A stretch of DNA of 64,000 nt. Source: Isurus oxyrinchus (lineage: Eukaryota). The stretch covers positions 310,001-374,000 of the forward strand of contig JANJGN010000126.1 of the NCBI GenBank assembly GCA_026770705.1. The letters are read 5' to 3'. Of the stretch, positions 35,591 through 51,300 are shown in pieces. Under the pieces are notes generated by a model. That model saw only the letters and a list, made by a program, of their open reading frames with translations. It searched no databases and was not told the DNA's origin. Position numbers and translations under genes: made by a program. Positions within the stretch are counted from its first letter, which is position 1; each line of letters begins with the position of its first letter.

Positions 35591-36149
35591 AAGGCTGCAT
35601 AAAGGGGATTATTCTATTTGTCTCCCTAACTCTTGCTGTGCCCGCATGCTTTCTGTGATCCGTGTACAAATACACACAGATCTCTCTGCACCAAAGAATT
35701 CTGCAGCCTTTCAATTTAAATAACATGTTGCCTTTCGACTTATCCGGCAAAATTAGGCAAACTCATATTTTTCCAACCTTATATTCCATGCACCAAATTT
35801 CAGTACAATCACTTAGCTTACCAATATGTCATTGTGGCCTCTTTGTATCCATCCTCAGAATCTGTTTCCCTTTCCAACTTGGTATCATCAGCAAATCTGG
35901 CTAAAGTACTGTCGACCCTTTCATCCAAGAATAAATAGGTCTTGGCAAATGTTTTCACCCAAAGGATGATGGGAATCTAAAACTCATGATGTGAAAGGGC
36001 TGTAAAAACTTGAAGTGAAACAACCTAAAAGGTTACAGACCAAGAGCTGGACAGTTGACAAGGCTGATTACTGCTTGTTCGCTGGGACGAATTGTATTGT
36101 AGATTTCTATGACCCTATGATTCATTGCTGTAAAATAGGGGTTTCAGGG

Positions 36150-38260
36150 TTGTGACCCAGCGACAGTGAAGAAAGAACAATATATTTCCAAGCCAATGTG
36201 GTGCTTGGCCTTGAGGGGAACTTATAGGTCTTTCCATGGGTCTGTCACACTAGTTCCTCTAGGTGTTAGCAGTCAGGGGCTTGCACGGCACTGTCAAAGA
36301 ACTGTTGGCGACTTGCCACAGTGCATTTCATAGATGGTGCACACAGCTGTATTTGTGCAGTGGTGCTGGAGGGAATGGGTATATAAATGCCGGATGGGAT
36401 GGCCAATCAGGTGCGATGATTTTTCCTACATGGTGTCTTCCTTCTTCCGAATATAAGAACTAGCATTAGGAGAAGACAATGTGGTTCCTTGGGCCTGCTT
36501 GGGAAGTGTTTTGTTGGAAATTCCCTGACCCAGGCAAGCTGAGATATTCAATCACTTTCCTAAAAATTGCATGGACATTGTGGACAGATTGTGGAGAAAC
36601 ATGAGGTGCATCGCTCGCCATACAATCTGACCTTTTCTAGGTTCTTCATATATGTTGCTGGTTCAGTTAACTTAATTTACAGCTGTGGCCCCCACAATGT
36701 TGCTGGTGTTGGATTCTGCGATGGTAATGTCAATGAATGACAACGGGAGATGATTAGATTCTCTCTTGATGGAGATGGCCACTGCCTGGCACTTGTAACA
36801 CGTTATGTCAATTTCCACTCATCAGCCAAAGGTTCAATATTGTCCAAATGTTTTGTTTTTTTCTGCATGGAGGCATGAACTGCTTCAGTATCTGAGGAAT
36901 AGTGAATGAAGCTGAAAATTGCGCCAACATTCATGAACATCGCGACTTCTGACATGATTATGGAAATAAGGTCATTGATGAAGTAGCTGAGGATGGCTGG
37001 GCCTAGGACACTTTCCTGAGGAACTCCGAGAGCGATGCTCTGGTGTGGGGTGTTTGGCCTCCAGCAAAAACAATTATTTTCCCTTGTGCTAGGTATCACT
37101 CCAATGAGTCCCCCCCCTTCCCCACACCCCCCCCCCCCGCCCCACGATTCTCATTGACTTCAGTGTTGCTAATGATCCTTGGTGCCACAATCTGTCAACT
37201 GCTACCTTGATGTCAAGGACATTCACTCTCATACTAGAAGTTTAGCTGTTTGCCTTTGTTCAAATCAACAACGTGATGTAGTCGGGAACTGAAAGTCCCT
37301 TGTGAAGCCTAAACTGAGCATTGTTGAGCAGCTTGTTGCTGATGAGCTGCTGTTTGATTGCTCCGTCAATGACACCTTCCATCAGGTTGCTGCTGGCTGA
37401 GAGTACAATGATTGAGGGTCAATGGGCCACATTGGGATTGTTCAGCAATTTTTCACCATGTTACAGCTTGATCAGGCTGACACCACATTTTTAGATGTTC
37501 TTGTTGCTGCACCTGGCCTATTCCTCTAAATTCATCACTGAACAATCGTTGATCCCCTGGCTTCATCCTAATGGTAGAGTGAGGGTTATACATCCCATGA
37601 CGTGCATATTGTGGGGGGATGAGAATGTTGCTCAAGCTAATGGCCTCACTGACGCACGGTATTAATTGCCAAATATTCTCCAAATCTATTGCATTTAGCA
37701 CGATGATTATGCCACACAACATCGCGGGTGGTACTCTCAGTCTGAAGATGGGTCTTCGTATCCAAAAGGAAAGTGCGGTGGACACTCTCATCAGTACTGA
37801 CATGGAGAGATGTATCTGTGCCAGGTAGAGTAATGAGCGCCATCCCAAGTAAGTTTTCTCTTTGTGTTCTCTCAACCCCTTCCAGGGGCATGGTCTGGTA
37901 GATATGTCCTTCGTGACTCGGCCAGCTCAGTCAGTATTGGTATCGAACCATTCTTGCTGATGTGCATTGAAGTTCCATTTCCTTTTCTGCTCTCAGGGTT
38001 TCACCAGAATTGTGTTCAACATGGAGACGCGCTGATTCATTAGTTGAGGTAGGGAAATAACTCGAATTAGAAAGGAGATTTTCTACTGTTGCCTGTTCTG
38101 ATGCCAGGAGTATTCATGACTCCTGGAGTCAATCTTGAGGACCCTCAGGGGCGCTCCTTCCCGACTAATATGCCGCCATCACTGGTGGGTCAATCAGACG
38201 TGGGGATATTGGTTGGAAGGTATTAACATTGAGCATGACTATGTCAGGCGGGTGTTTAGT
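36150..38260 (-). mobile_element. Decayed L2/CR1-superfamily LINE (RT fragments)
   Basis: GVPQESVLGPAILSYFINDL RT motif in ORF 36803-37099; tail related to 3860-4190. Confidence 0.75.
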
Positions 38261-38269
38261 TTGTAAGGT

Positions 38270-39035
38270 CTAATGCAGGTAGGAATTATATAGTAAATGG
38301 CAGAACCCTTAAGTGCATCGACAGGCAGAGGGATCTGGTCATACAGGTCCACAGGTCACTGAAAGTGGCAACGCAAGTGGATAAAATAGTCAGGAAGGCA
38401 TATGGCAAGCTTGCCTTCATTGGCAGTGGTATTGAGTATAAAAGCTGGGAATTCATGCTGCAGCTGTATAGAACCTTGGTTAGACTACACTTGGAATATT
38501 GCGTGTAATTCTGGTCGCCACATTACCAGAAGGATATGGAGGCATTGGAGAGGGTGCAGAGGAGGTTTACCAGGATGCTGCCTGGTCTGGAAGTTATTAG
38601 GTATGAGGAGAGGTTGGAGAAACTCTGATTGTTCAAACTGGAGGGACTGAGATTGAGGGGCGACTTGATAGAAATTTACAAAATTTTGAGTGGCATGGAC
38701 AGAGTAGATAGTCAGAAGCTTTTTCCCAGGGTGGGAGATTCAGTTACTAGGGGACATAGATTTAAGGTGAGAGGAGAAAACTATAGAGGAGATGTGTGGG
38801 GCAAGTTTTTTACACAGAGGGTAGTGAGTGTCTGGAATTCGCTGCCAGAGGAGGTTGTGGAAACAGGTACGATAGTGATGTTTAAGAGGCAGCTTGACAA
38901 ATACATGAATAGGATGGGAATAGAGGGATACGGACCCCGGAAGTGCAAAATGTTTTAGTTGACGGGCAATATGATGGGCGCAGGCTTGGAGGGCCGAAGG
39001 GCCTGTTCTTGTGCTGTACTTTTCTTTGTTCTTTG
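38270..39035 (+). mobile_element. CR1 LINE 3' portion
   Basis: RLRGDLIEIYKILSGMDRVD...FFTQRVVSVWNSLPEEVVE, followed by the CR1 tail ggccgaagggcctgtt...gtgctgta. Confidence 0.92.
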
Positions 39036-42000
39036 TTGTTCATCTTGTGTTTCCGCTAGCCTGCGTTCCGTGTTTCTCAGCTGTGGTAGATGTCCACAGA
39101 AGATCGTTCAGAGAATTTTATACAGTTAATTGGACTGCCTGTGTCTTTGCCTGTGCCTCGGTTGATGCCATCTGGCTTTACTGACTGTGCTCAGGTTGCT
39201 GATTCTCGTGGCCGTTTAATAAAAATGACTGCACACTGAGAATGATTAGAGGGAGATTCAAAGTTAACCACCTTGCTCTTCATCTGGAGTCCCTTTGGGA
39301 AAAAAACATGTAAGGTGGTGGGTGGGGGGGTGGGGGGGGGGGGGGGGGGTAGGGGGGGTGGTGGTGGCGGGGGTGGTGGGGGGGGGGGGGGGGGGCTGTT
39401 GGAGGATGTATTTCCGAAACGTACCTTTATATGTCAGCTGTGTTTTGATGAGTCTGGGAGATGCACGTTTCCCATTACTGATACTGAGGGCACTTTTAAT
39501 AGTTCAGATGTACAAAATTAACTACGTTTAAATTCCAAAAAGCTTTGTTGAAATTTGACCTCATATAATATCTGTTTGTGTTACATAAGGCGGTTTCTCA
39601 GTTATTGATGCGCTATACTGTTTATGTTTATATTTCATAGAACTTGTCCCTGTTTTTAATGTACTGGACCATGTTTAAGTTTATTTTAACCAGGCTCTGT
39701 TTCAGTTGTTACTGCACTGGAGCAACTTACCATTTAAATTGTACCAGGCCCTATCTCTGGTTACATTACACTGGACCCTAACTCAGGCACGACCTGGCTG
39801 TAGCTCTGCCACAGATTCACAGAAGAGGCCCTTCGGCCCATCGAGTCTGCACCGGCACGTGAGAAACACCTGACCTACCTACCTAATCCCATTTACCAGC
39901 ACTTGGCCCATAGCCTTGAATGTTATGACGTCCCAAGTACTCATCACTAGCCCAGAGGCCCAGGCTCATCTTCTGGGGACATGGATTCAAATCCCACCAC
40001 AGCAGCTGGCGGAATTTAAATGTGATTGAGACAAGAGCCGTTCGGAAGCTGGGAATTCTGCAAATACCTGTCCACAAACTACAAGGCACATGTCAGGAGT
40101 GTGGTGGAATATTCCCCAATTCTCCGGGCAACAAGGGCAGCAGAAGAACAGGAACAACAATGGAAAGTCCCTGTTTCTTCACTATCCTTGGGTCCAAATC
40201 ATACAACTCCCTTCCTAGAAGCACTGTGGGTGTCCCTACAGCACGTGGACTGCAGCAGTACAAGAGGTCTGCTCACTAACACCCTCTCAAGGGCAATTGT
40301 GTTTGGCTATTGAATGTTGGTTCAGCTGGAAACGCACAAATCCCATGAATGAATAAAAAAATGGAAATGGAACTGGATCGTTACAATTTTCATTGCTATA
40401 AACGCATCTGCTTCACTAATGAACATTCGGTGAAGTAAATATGCATCCTTCCCCAGTCTAGCCTAAATGTGACTCCAGGCCCACAGCACGTGGTTCACTC
40501 TTAACTATCCTCCGTCTCTGAAAATGTCTAGCCAGATATTCAGTTCCAGGACAGCAGAGCATGGGGGGAAATGCTGGCCGTGTCAGAGACGCTCACATCT
40601 CCTGGCTGAATAGAGAGAAATAAATACTTCAGCCTAGTGAATGATTAAAAACAACATTTGTTAAAGTACTCCGTACTTTGTTTCCATGTATATTGTACAT
40701 AATTATTCCAGGAACTCTGTTTTATAAAGCATTTGAAGGTCGCAGAGAGGATGAAGAGGAGATTGATCCGAATGTTACTAGACCTTGGAGATCTTGAATC
40801 GTTTTCCTTAGAATAGAAGATGTTAAGAGGGGCTTTGATCGAGGTATTTAAGACCATGAAAGGTGTTGATACGTAATGACTGGGTTATGCCTTCCTTTAA
40901 ATTACACAGGACTCTGTCTCAGATCGCAGTGCAAAAGACCTAGTCTCAATTCATGTTTTACACTAGGCCCTGTTGGAGTAAGTAATTGCACTGATGCATA
41001 CATCTCTTCACATTATACAAAACCATCTCTCTGTTTGTATCATACGAGCCACCGAAAAGGTTATTTAGCATTAAACTGTCTATATTACACTAGATGTTGT
41101 GTATCTCAGTCTCTCTATCTGTCAACCCATCTAGCTGCGTACCTGTCTGTTTGGCGGTCAGTCTATCTATCTATATTTCGAACCATCCATCCAGCAATTT
41201 CAGATCATCTATTATCGTTAACATTTCTTGATGCTGACGTCTTTTCCGAGTTCTTGTGTGGAAAATGCCTATTTAGATTCCAAAGTGAGTTTAGCTGCGT
41301 TCAGAATTCAGTTCGAAAGTGGATTAAATCACATGGAGAATAAAGGACATCTACCCACCATTCTCTCTGTTTGTTGACAAGTGATCACTTGGGCGTCACT
41401 GGAGTGTGTGATGATCTGTGCAAGAGGCGGTGAAGATGCAACTGCACCTATACCTGACGTGTACATAATAAATCTGTAATTCTCTCACTTGGAATGGAAT
41501 GTAACACTTTCCACTCTCAATGAAATTCAATAAAAAAATTTTTTTCTGTTTCCATTGTTTTGTGCTGCACGTTAACTTCACTATTTCCTCACCAGTTTCC
41601 AATACGTTTGCCATGATACAATTCAATGTTTACTGGCGTGGGTAAAGTGTTAGCTTAACAGAAACATGGTATAGGACAGTAATAACTGAGAAAGGGCCCC
41701 CTGTAAAATATAAAGAGATATATTTTCCAGTGCAATTTTAACAGAAACAATAATGTAAAACATTATAAATGGAGACAGGTTCCAGTGCAGTAACAACAGA
41801 GACAGGATCCAGGGTAATATTAACACATACATGTTCTAGTATAGTAATAACTGAGACGTGGTCGAGTGTGACATATAGAGACACGGTGTATGGTTCACTA
41901 ATAACTGAAACAGAGCATTATATAATATAAATAGCGAAATGCTCTAATGTAGTAATAACTGATTCGGGGGTCGGCCTGAAACAGAGGCTTGATTAGCACA

Positions 42001-42679
42001 GAGTTAATTGTGTCAGAGCCTAGTGTAATAAAAATACAAATACCAGATTATGCATCCATAAATTTCACAGGTTTCAGCAAAACTAAAACTGTGACTTGAA
42101 CTCAAAGAGTAATAATTGAGGCAGGATCTGGTGTAATATAAAGGGAACCAGTTGCTAGCGAAATATTTCTCCTCATCGCCCTTTTACAAATCTGCCAATA
42201 TATATTTTTTTTGAAGCTATGATCACTGGATATTGACACAATGAACAGAAGGAATTGGTGTTCTCTGCTGATTCTCTCAAAACCTCTCATCATCTTAGAA
42301 AAAGCGTTTAGGTTTCTGCTTAATCTTCTTTATCACAAGCAGAATGCTGCCAATTTGTCCAATTTATTGTTGTTACTAAAGACCCTGATCCTTGTTAACA
42401 AACTGGTTACATTCCTCTGTATATTCTGAGACATCAACACACTTCATAGCATCTGAAACTCATAGATTTGTGCAGCACAGAAATAGGCCATTGCGTACAC
42501 CCTGTCCATAATGGCCTGAAATGATCTATCAAGTCATATCCCACTTCCTAGCTTTTGTGCCAGGGCCCTTGGGGCTACAGTACTTCAAGTGAACATCCAA
42601 ATATATTTTGACATGTGTTGAGGGATTCAGTCTAGAACACCATTTCATGCACTGAGTCCGAAACACCATTAGACACTCC

Positions 42680-43030
42680 TAGGGATAGACACGGGACAGT
42701 TCAGATGCAGAGTAAAGCTACCTCTACATTGGTAAATTCCGGGGTGAGGCAGAGTAAAGGTCTCTCTAAACTATCCCACCAAACACTCCCAGGACATGTA
42801 TAGCGCTGGATAGACAAAGGTCCCTCTACATGATTCGATCGAATGCTCCCAAGAATGGTACAGCAGTATCAGATGCAGAAAAAAGATCCCTCTACAATTT
42901 CCCATATACCATTCACAGGAAGGCATAGGAATGTTAATTTGCAGAGGAGTGCTCCCTTTAGATTGTCCCATTCAATGCTCCCATGTTGTTGAGTGAACCA
43001 GACACATTTTAGAGTTAAGTTCCTTCTGCG
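42680..43030 (+). repeat. Degenerate ~60-65-bp tandem repeat
   Basis: Recurrent agtaaag(c/g)t(c)cctctaca...ccc...aaacactcccagga. A reverse-orientation relative lies at about 8700-8890. Confidence 0.6.
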
Positions 43031-46000
43031 AACAGCCATCTATTTCGTTAAAAGTCAATGAATAGGGGTGACATTAAACTTTGGTCAGATACTGACTTCA
43101 CGTTATGAGTTACAGACGCTGACACATTAATGAGAGGCCAGACACGCTCGGAATTGGGGAGAAAGGGAGACAGAGCGGGATAGAATGCAGGAAACTCCGC
43201 AAACATATTTTCAATGCTGCTGTATACCGGATCAAAGGACGCTTCGTCAGTTTTGAACACAAAAAACATCTTTATATTGTTATCTCATAACTTATAGAAA
43301 TCTTCCAAATATCAATCATTACTGGAATCCTTTGTGTGATTTGTATTTCTCTCTGCTGTTATTTCTATGTTCTGTTGGTGGGGAAACATCTATTGTATTT
43401 GTGACGCTCAATATTCTATTCTGAGGCGTCTATTTCTGTGTTTATTTACATAACCGCCTCACTAGTTTCAAAGTGGTGTTCATGGCAGCAGAATCAGATC
43501 AACAGTCACTTATTGATTATGTTCAGCGCAAAACAAGTTTATTTTAAGAATATTCACAGATGGTATAAGAATTGAACACAATTTTCAGAAAACCAATTGG
43601 TACAGATGTTATTTATTTTAAACAATAGAAGTCATTAAATTTAAGAAAAAATGTTTCTGGAAATTCTGCTGCTTAAATCAATTAAGCATTTCTGAGCAGC
43701 CTAATATTCCACTGAATATCGATTGGTGAAACGATTAACCCCTTTCACATAAACATGTTTAAATAATGAACAGAGAAATGACCTTTAATCACATTCTTCT
43801 CAGACTTTCTAACACATCACCATATATGTTTTGACATGTTCACTTTTAGTAAAAACTCGGTGTTTATACAGCACATTTCACCATCTCAGGAGGTCCCAAA
43901 TCACATATCTCATTAACCTCACTGATGCACCTTATTTCGAATTATAATCTCTTGTGTCACGTTAGAACTACAGGAGGCAATTTGTGCACAGGAAGCTCCC
44001 ACCAACAGAGATGTAATAAAAGCCCAGATCACCTGTTTATTAGTGATGTTAGTTGCGCATTAGGTATTGGTCTAGGATACCCCTAGTGTAAAATAGTATC
44101 AGCGGAGAATGATGCTGAGTATTTCCAGATTTTGTGGCCTTATTTTACATTGAGAGCATCCGTAATAGTTTACAAAGCTTTGACCGTTGTTTTTATTTGT
44201 TCTTTTGTTGTGAACGTCGAAAGCAACGCCAGCCTTAACTGTCCATCCACAAGTACCCTTGAGAAGGTGGCGGGGAGCCGACATCTTGAACAGCTGACGT
44301 TTGTGCCGTGCGCCTCTTATTTGACTTTCCAAGAAGTGCTTTGACCCAACTAAATGGCCTTCAGGACCATTCCAAGGGCCGTTAAGATTCAACCAAGTTG
44401 TTGTGGGGCTGCAGCCTTACGTCGGCCAGGCTGGTAAGAGTTCGTCCCCGAATCACATTAGTGAACCAGCTGCAACTTCATGACAATTAGATTCGATTCT
44501 TAATGCAATGAGTAATTTTATTCCAGTTTCGGTTTTAATGAATTAAATGAATGAAAATCCCGCCGGCTGCCGTCGTGGGGTTTAAATCATGTCTCTGAAG
44601 AATTTCTGATCTTCTCTGTATTAACAGCCCAGTTAATTACCTCGATCCCTAAGACTGAGATGACATTACCATCGCCACATCTGAATGATCATTCCACTGA
44701 CCATGCTTCAAACCTGCAGTTGTGGCTCTGAATAAATTCATATGGAATCGAAACGTTAACTCCGTTTCTCTCTCCTCAGACCCCGCCAGGCCTGCTGCGT
44801 CTTTACAGCACTTTTTGTTTTTAGTTCAGTAGTGGTTACTGTCCATGTATGAGAGCCACTAATGCAAGGCACTGGACATGTTGCAATTGCTATTTTGAAA
44901 TTATAGCATTTGGTTCTATGTATATAAAGTTCAGGAGCAGGCTCCAGTCTTACACACATCAATTTAGTTGTGAGGGATCCGTTGCCTTGTAGCCCGGTAT
45001 CTTAGCCTGACCCTGTTGTAACAGTGCACTTTATTTCCATTGGCCCCATAAAGCAGTGTCAACGATTGCTAAATGCTCATTTCGAAGTAACAAGACAGAG
45101 GATTTCCTGGAACTTAAGTTTGCACTGCCCTTCACTCTCTGCACAACAAAAAACTGGGATTGCTCTCCTCATCAACGAGAATCTTAGGATAGGTTTATCA
45201 GAAATGGTCCAACGTGTGAGGGATGCTTTGAATATTTAGGGAGAAGCTGTTCCACTGGCAACTGGATCAGTGATGCTGGGGCTTATGTTATTTCGATATT
45301 AATACACTTATTATATTGCGCAATAAGATGTTTCTAATGATGTAACACTAAACCCTATCTCTCTGCATATTACACTAGTTTATGTATTAATTATAACTGC
45401 ATTACTCTCTGTTCCACTCAATACTCCACAAAGCACTGCATCAATTGCTTCCACACGAGATTTATCCCTGGTTGACTTAGACTCGGTGCTGTGTCAGAGA
45501 TTATTGCTTTATGCCCTGCTTCTGTTTTATTAAATTGGGCCCAGTAGCAGTAATCCTGTTCTGTAACAGTTGATATTAATCTAGGCCGTTTACCAGCAAT
45601 TACTGCACTAGACCCTCCGTCTCTTTATATGAATACAGACTTTGTATCAATAATCACTGTAATAAACCCTGCCTAAGTGGATATTATCCATATCTTGTAT
45701 CAGTAACCACTGAAAGAGACCCTGTCTCAGTTTATATTAATACAAACCCTGTATTAGCAATCACTGTAAGAGACCCTGTCTTAGTTGATAGTAATCAATA
45801 CCTTGTATCAGTAATCCCTATAAAAACCCTGACACACTTTATATCAATATAGACCTTGTCTTGTCAACCACTGGAATAGACCCTGTCTCAGTTAATACCA
45901 GCCCAGACCATGTATTGGTAATCACTCTAATAGACCCTGTCTCAGTTTATGTTAATCAATACCATGCATCAGTAATCACTTTAATAGAACCAGTCTCAGT

Positions 46001-48082
46001 TTATATTAATCCATGCATTGTATCAACATTCACTGTAAAAACCCTTTCTAGGTTTATATAAATACGGACATTGTATTGGTGAATGCTATAATAGAGCCTG
46101 TCTCAAATTATATTAACCAATAACCTATTTCAGTATTCACTGTAATACAGATTGCCTCAGTTTATATGAATCCATGTTTTGTATCAGTAAGCACTGAAAG
46201 AGACCGTCTCAGTTTATATTATACAAACCTTGTATTAGTAATCACTGTAAGAGACCCTGTCTCAGTTGATAGTAATCAATACCTTGTATCAGTAATCCCC
46301 GTAAAAACCCTGGCACACTTTATATCAATATAGACCTTGTATTGGTTATCACTGCAAGAGACCCTGTCTCAGTTTATGTTAATCAATACCATGTATCAGT
46401 AATCACTGTAATAGACCCAGTCTCAGTTTATATTAATCCATGCCTTGTATCAATAATCACTGCAAAATAACCTTTCTCAATTTATATAAATACAGATATT
46501 TTATTGGTAATTTCTGTAATAGAGGCTGTCCCAGTTTATAATAACCCATAACCTGTTCAGTATTCACTGTAATACACACTGTCTCAGTTTATAATAACCC
46601 AGAACCTGTTTCAGTATTCACTGTAATACACACTGTCTCCGTTTATATTAACCCATGTCTTATATCAGTAAGCACTGAAAGAGACCCTGTCTCAGTTTTT
46701 ATTAATACAAACCTTGTATTAGTAATCACCATAAGAGACCCTGCCTCAGTTGATAGTAATCAATACCTTGTATCAGTAATCCCTGTAACAACCCTGACAC
46801 ACTTTATATCAATATAAACCTTGTCTTGTTAATCACTGGAATAGACCCTGTCTCAGTTAATACCAGCCCAGACCATGTATTGGTTATCACTTAATAGACC
46901 CTGTCTCAGTTTATGTTAATCAATACCATGTATCAGCAATCACTATAATAGACCCAGTCTCAGTTTATATTAATCCATGCATTGAATCAATAATCACTGC
47001 AAAATACCCTTTCTCAGTTTATATATTCACAGATATTGTATTGGTGAATGCTGTAATAGAGCCTGTCTCAGTTTATATTAACCCATAATCTGTATCAGTA
47101 TTCACAGTAATACACACTGTCTCCATTTATATTAATCCATGCCTTGTATCAGTATTCACTTGAACTGACACTGTCGCTGTTTATATTAATGCAGATATTG
47201 TACTGGTAATCTCTTCAATAGGCCTTGTCTCAGTTTATATTAACCTGCAACCTGTATCAGTAATCATTGTATTAGACTCGTGTAAGATTAAATTAATTGA
47301 GACCATTTATCAGTAATCACTGTAACTGAGCCTGTCTCAGTTTATATTAATCTAGGCCCTGTATCATTAATTAATGTAATTGACCCATTCTCAGTTTATA
47401 TTAATGCAGGCCTTATGTCGGTAACCACATTAATTGATCCTTTCCAGTTTATCTTAATCCATACCATGTATCAGTAATCACTGTACTAGACCCAGTCTCA
47501 GTTTATATTAATCCAGAACTGTATCAGTAATTATTGTACTAGACCCAGTCTCAGTTTATATTAATCCAGAACCTGTATCAGTGATCATTGTACTGTACCG
47601 AGTTTCAGATTATATCAATACAGACCCTGTGGCAGTATTCACTATAAAACATGCTGTCTCAGTTTACACCAGTCCAGACCTTGCATCATTAACACTGTAA
47701 CAGAACCTGTCTCAGTTTATATTAATCTAGACCCTGTATCAGTAATCACTGTGATAGACCCTGCATCAGTTGATATTAATCCATATGTTGCATCAGTAAC
47801 CATTGAAAGAGACCTTGCCTCACTTGATATTAATCCATACATTTCATCAGCAATCACTGAAAGCGATTCTGCCTTACCTTATATTAACACAGACCTTGTA
47901 TCAGTTTTCAATGTAATGGACCCTGTCTCAGTGTATATTAACCTAGGCCCTGCATCAGAAATTACTGTACTACACCCAGTATCAGATTATATCAATTCAG
48001 ACCCTGTATCAGTAGTCACAGTAATACACCCTGTCTCAATTTAGACCAGCCCAGACCTTGTATCAGTAAGAACTGTAATAGA

Positions 48083-48307
48083 TAAAAACAAAAAACTGCA
48101 GATGCTGGAAATCCAAAACAAAAACAGAATTACCTGGAAAAGCTCAGCAGGTCTGGCAGCATCGGCGGAGAAGAAAAGCGTTGATGTTTCAAGTCCTCAT
48201 GGAAAGATGATCCTAGGATTCACCCAGTTCTGTTGAAGGGTCAGGAGGATTCGAAGTGTCAACTCTTTTCTTCTCCGCCGATGTTGCCAGACCTGCTGAG
48301 TTTTTTC
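48083..48307. mobile_element. Penelope-like inverted terminal-repeat insertion
   Basis: Forward PLE terminus plus an inverted copy, flanked by actgtaataga at 48072-48082 and 48308-48318. Confidence 0.85.
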
Positions 48308-51300
48308 ACTGTAATAGACTCTGTCTCATATTATATTAACCCATGCCTTGTATCAGTAAGCACTGTAATGGACCCTGCCTCAATTGATATTAATCCATAC
48401 CTTGTATCAGTAAACACTGAAAGAGACCCTGCCTCAGTTTATATTAATACAGGCCATGTACAGTAATCACTGAAATAGACCCTTTGTACATCTATTGTAA
48501 TCCATATATTGTAAAAGTAATCATTGATATAGGCCTTACCTCAGTTTATATTAATCTAGGTCCTGTATTAGTAATTACTGACCCTACCTCAATTGATGTT
48601 AATCCATGCCTTGTATCAGTAACCACTAAAAGAGACCCTATCTCCATTTATATTAATACAGACATTTTATCATTAATCACTGTGTAAGATGCTCTTTCGG
48701 TTTATTTCAATCCATACATTGTAACAGTAATCACTGTAACAGACCCTGTCTCTGTTGATATTAATCAATGCATTGTATCAGTGACCACCGAAGTAGACCG
48801 TGGCTCAGTTTATATCAATACAGGCCTTGTGTTGGTAATCACTGTAATAGAACATGTCTCTGCTAATCTTAATACACACTATGTATCAGTAATCATTGTA
48901 ATATACTCTGTCTCAGTATATATTATCCTCATAACCAGCATTAGTAATCACTGCAATGGACCCTGTCTCAGTTGTTATGAATCCATAACTTGTATCAGTA
49001 GTCACTGTAATAAACCCTGTCTCAGTTTATGTAAATAGATACCCTGTATCAATGATCACTGTAATAGGCCCTGCCTCAGTTGAAATTAATCCATACCTTG
49101 TATCAGCAAACAATGTTAGTGACCCTGTCTCACTTTACATTTACACAGACCTTGTCTCAGTAATCAGTGTAAAAGACCCTGACTCAGTTTATTTCAATCC
49201 ATACATTGTTGCACTGCAACAGACCCTATCTGTGTTGTTATTACTTAATACCTTGAATCAGTGATCACTGAAGTAGACCCTGACTCAGTTTATATTAATA
49301 CAGACCTTGTCTTGGTAATGGCTGGAATAGTCCGTATCTCAGTTTATATCAATCCAGGTCTTGTATTGGTAATCACTGCAATAGATTCTGTCTCAGTTTC
49401 TTTTAATCCATACCATGTATCAATAATAAATTTAACAGACCTTGTCTCACTTTATTTTAATCCACACCTTGTATCAGTAATCACTGTAATGGACCATGTC
49501 TCATTTTATATTAATACAGGCCTTGTATCATTAATGACTGTAAAAGACCCTATCTCAGTTTATATCAATCCAAATATTTTACCAATAACCACTGTAACTG
49601 ACCCTGTCTCAGTTGATATTAATCAATACCTTGTATCAGTAATCACTGAAGTAGATGCTGACTAAATCTATATTAGACAGACCTAATCTCAATAATGACT
49701 GGAATAGACACTGTCTCAATTTATATCAATCCAGACCTTGTATTATTAATCACTGAAAGAGGCACGGTCTCTATTTACCTGAATCAAGACCATGTATCAG
49801 TAAGAACTTTAACAGATACTGTCGCAGTTTATTTTAATCCATGCCATGTATCAGTAATCACTGTGATAATACCTGTCTCATTTTTTATTAATCCATACCA
49901 TGTATCAGTAATCACTGTAATGGACCGTGTCTCAGTTTACATTATTCCAGGCCCTGTATCAGTAATCACTGTAATAGACCCTGTCTCAGTTTATATTAAT
50001 ACTGACCTTGTCTCATTAATCACTGTAAAAGACCCTGTCTCGGTTTAAATCAATCATTGCAACATTAATCATTGCAACAGACCCTGTCTCCCTTGAAATT
50101 AATCAATACCTTGTGTTAGTAATCACTGAAGTAGGCCCTGACTCAGTTTAGATCAATCAAAGCCTTTTATTGGCAACCACTGTAATAGAGCCTGCCTCTG
50201 TTTTAATTAATCCAGACTCTGTATCCGTAAGCATTGTAAGAGACCCTGTCTCAGTTTATTTTAATTCATACCATATAACAATAATCACTGTAGTAGGCCT
50301 TTTCTCAGTTTATATTAATACAGACCCTGTATCAGGAATCACTGTAATAGGCTCTATCTCAATTGATATGACTCCATATCTTGTATCAGTGTAAACACTG
50401 CAATATACCCTGTCTCAGATTATATTAATCCAAAACTTGTATCAGTAATCAATGCAATAGACTATGTCTCCATTTATGGTAATGCAAGCCTTGTATCAGT
50501 AATCAGTGTAATAGACCCTGTCTCAGTTCATATCAATACGGACATTGCATTGGTAATTACTGTAATAGCACCTGTCTCAGTTTATATTAATCGATAACTT
50601 GCATCATTACTCACTGAAATAGACGCTGTCCTGAGTCCATATTAATGTAGATCCAATATCAATAATCATTCTGATTGACAGTGTATTCACTTATCTTAAT
50701 CTAGACCCTGTATCAGTAATCAGTGTAACAGACCCTGTCTCAGTTTATATTGATACCGACCGTGAAGTAGTAATTAGTCTAATAGATGCTGACTCAGTTT
50801 ATATTAATCTTGACCCTGTATCAATAATCATTGTAGTCAACCTTGTTTCAGTTTATATTAATCTAGACCCTGTATTAGCAATCACTGTAATAGACCCTAT
50901 CTCAGTTGATATTAATCCATGCCTTGCATCTGTAATCACTGTATTAGGTCTTCTCTCAGTTTTTATTAAGCTTGATCCTGTATCACTAATCATTATAATA
51001 GGCCCTGTCTCAGTTGATATTAATCAAAACCTTGAATCAGTAATCACTGATGCTGACCCTGACTTAGTTTATATCAATACAGGCCTTCTATTGGTAAACT
51101 GTCTCAGTTTATATTAATTCAGATCTTGTATAGGTAATTACTCTAATAGACCCTGCCTCAGTTTATATTAATCTAGACCCTGTATCAGAAATCAATGTAA
51201 CAGACCCGGTCTGAGTTTATTTTAATCCATACCATATATGAGTAATCATTGTAATAGGCCTTGTCTCAGTTTATACTAATCCATAACTTGTATCAGTAAT

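Noticed and set aside
39273-39531. Gly-rich ORFs
   Set aside because: They arise from the poly-G tract.
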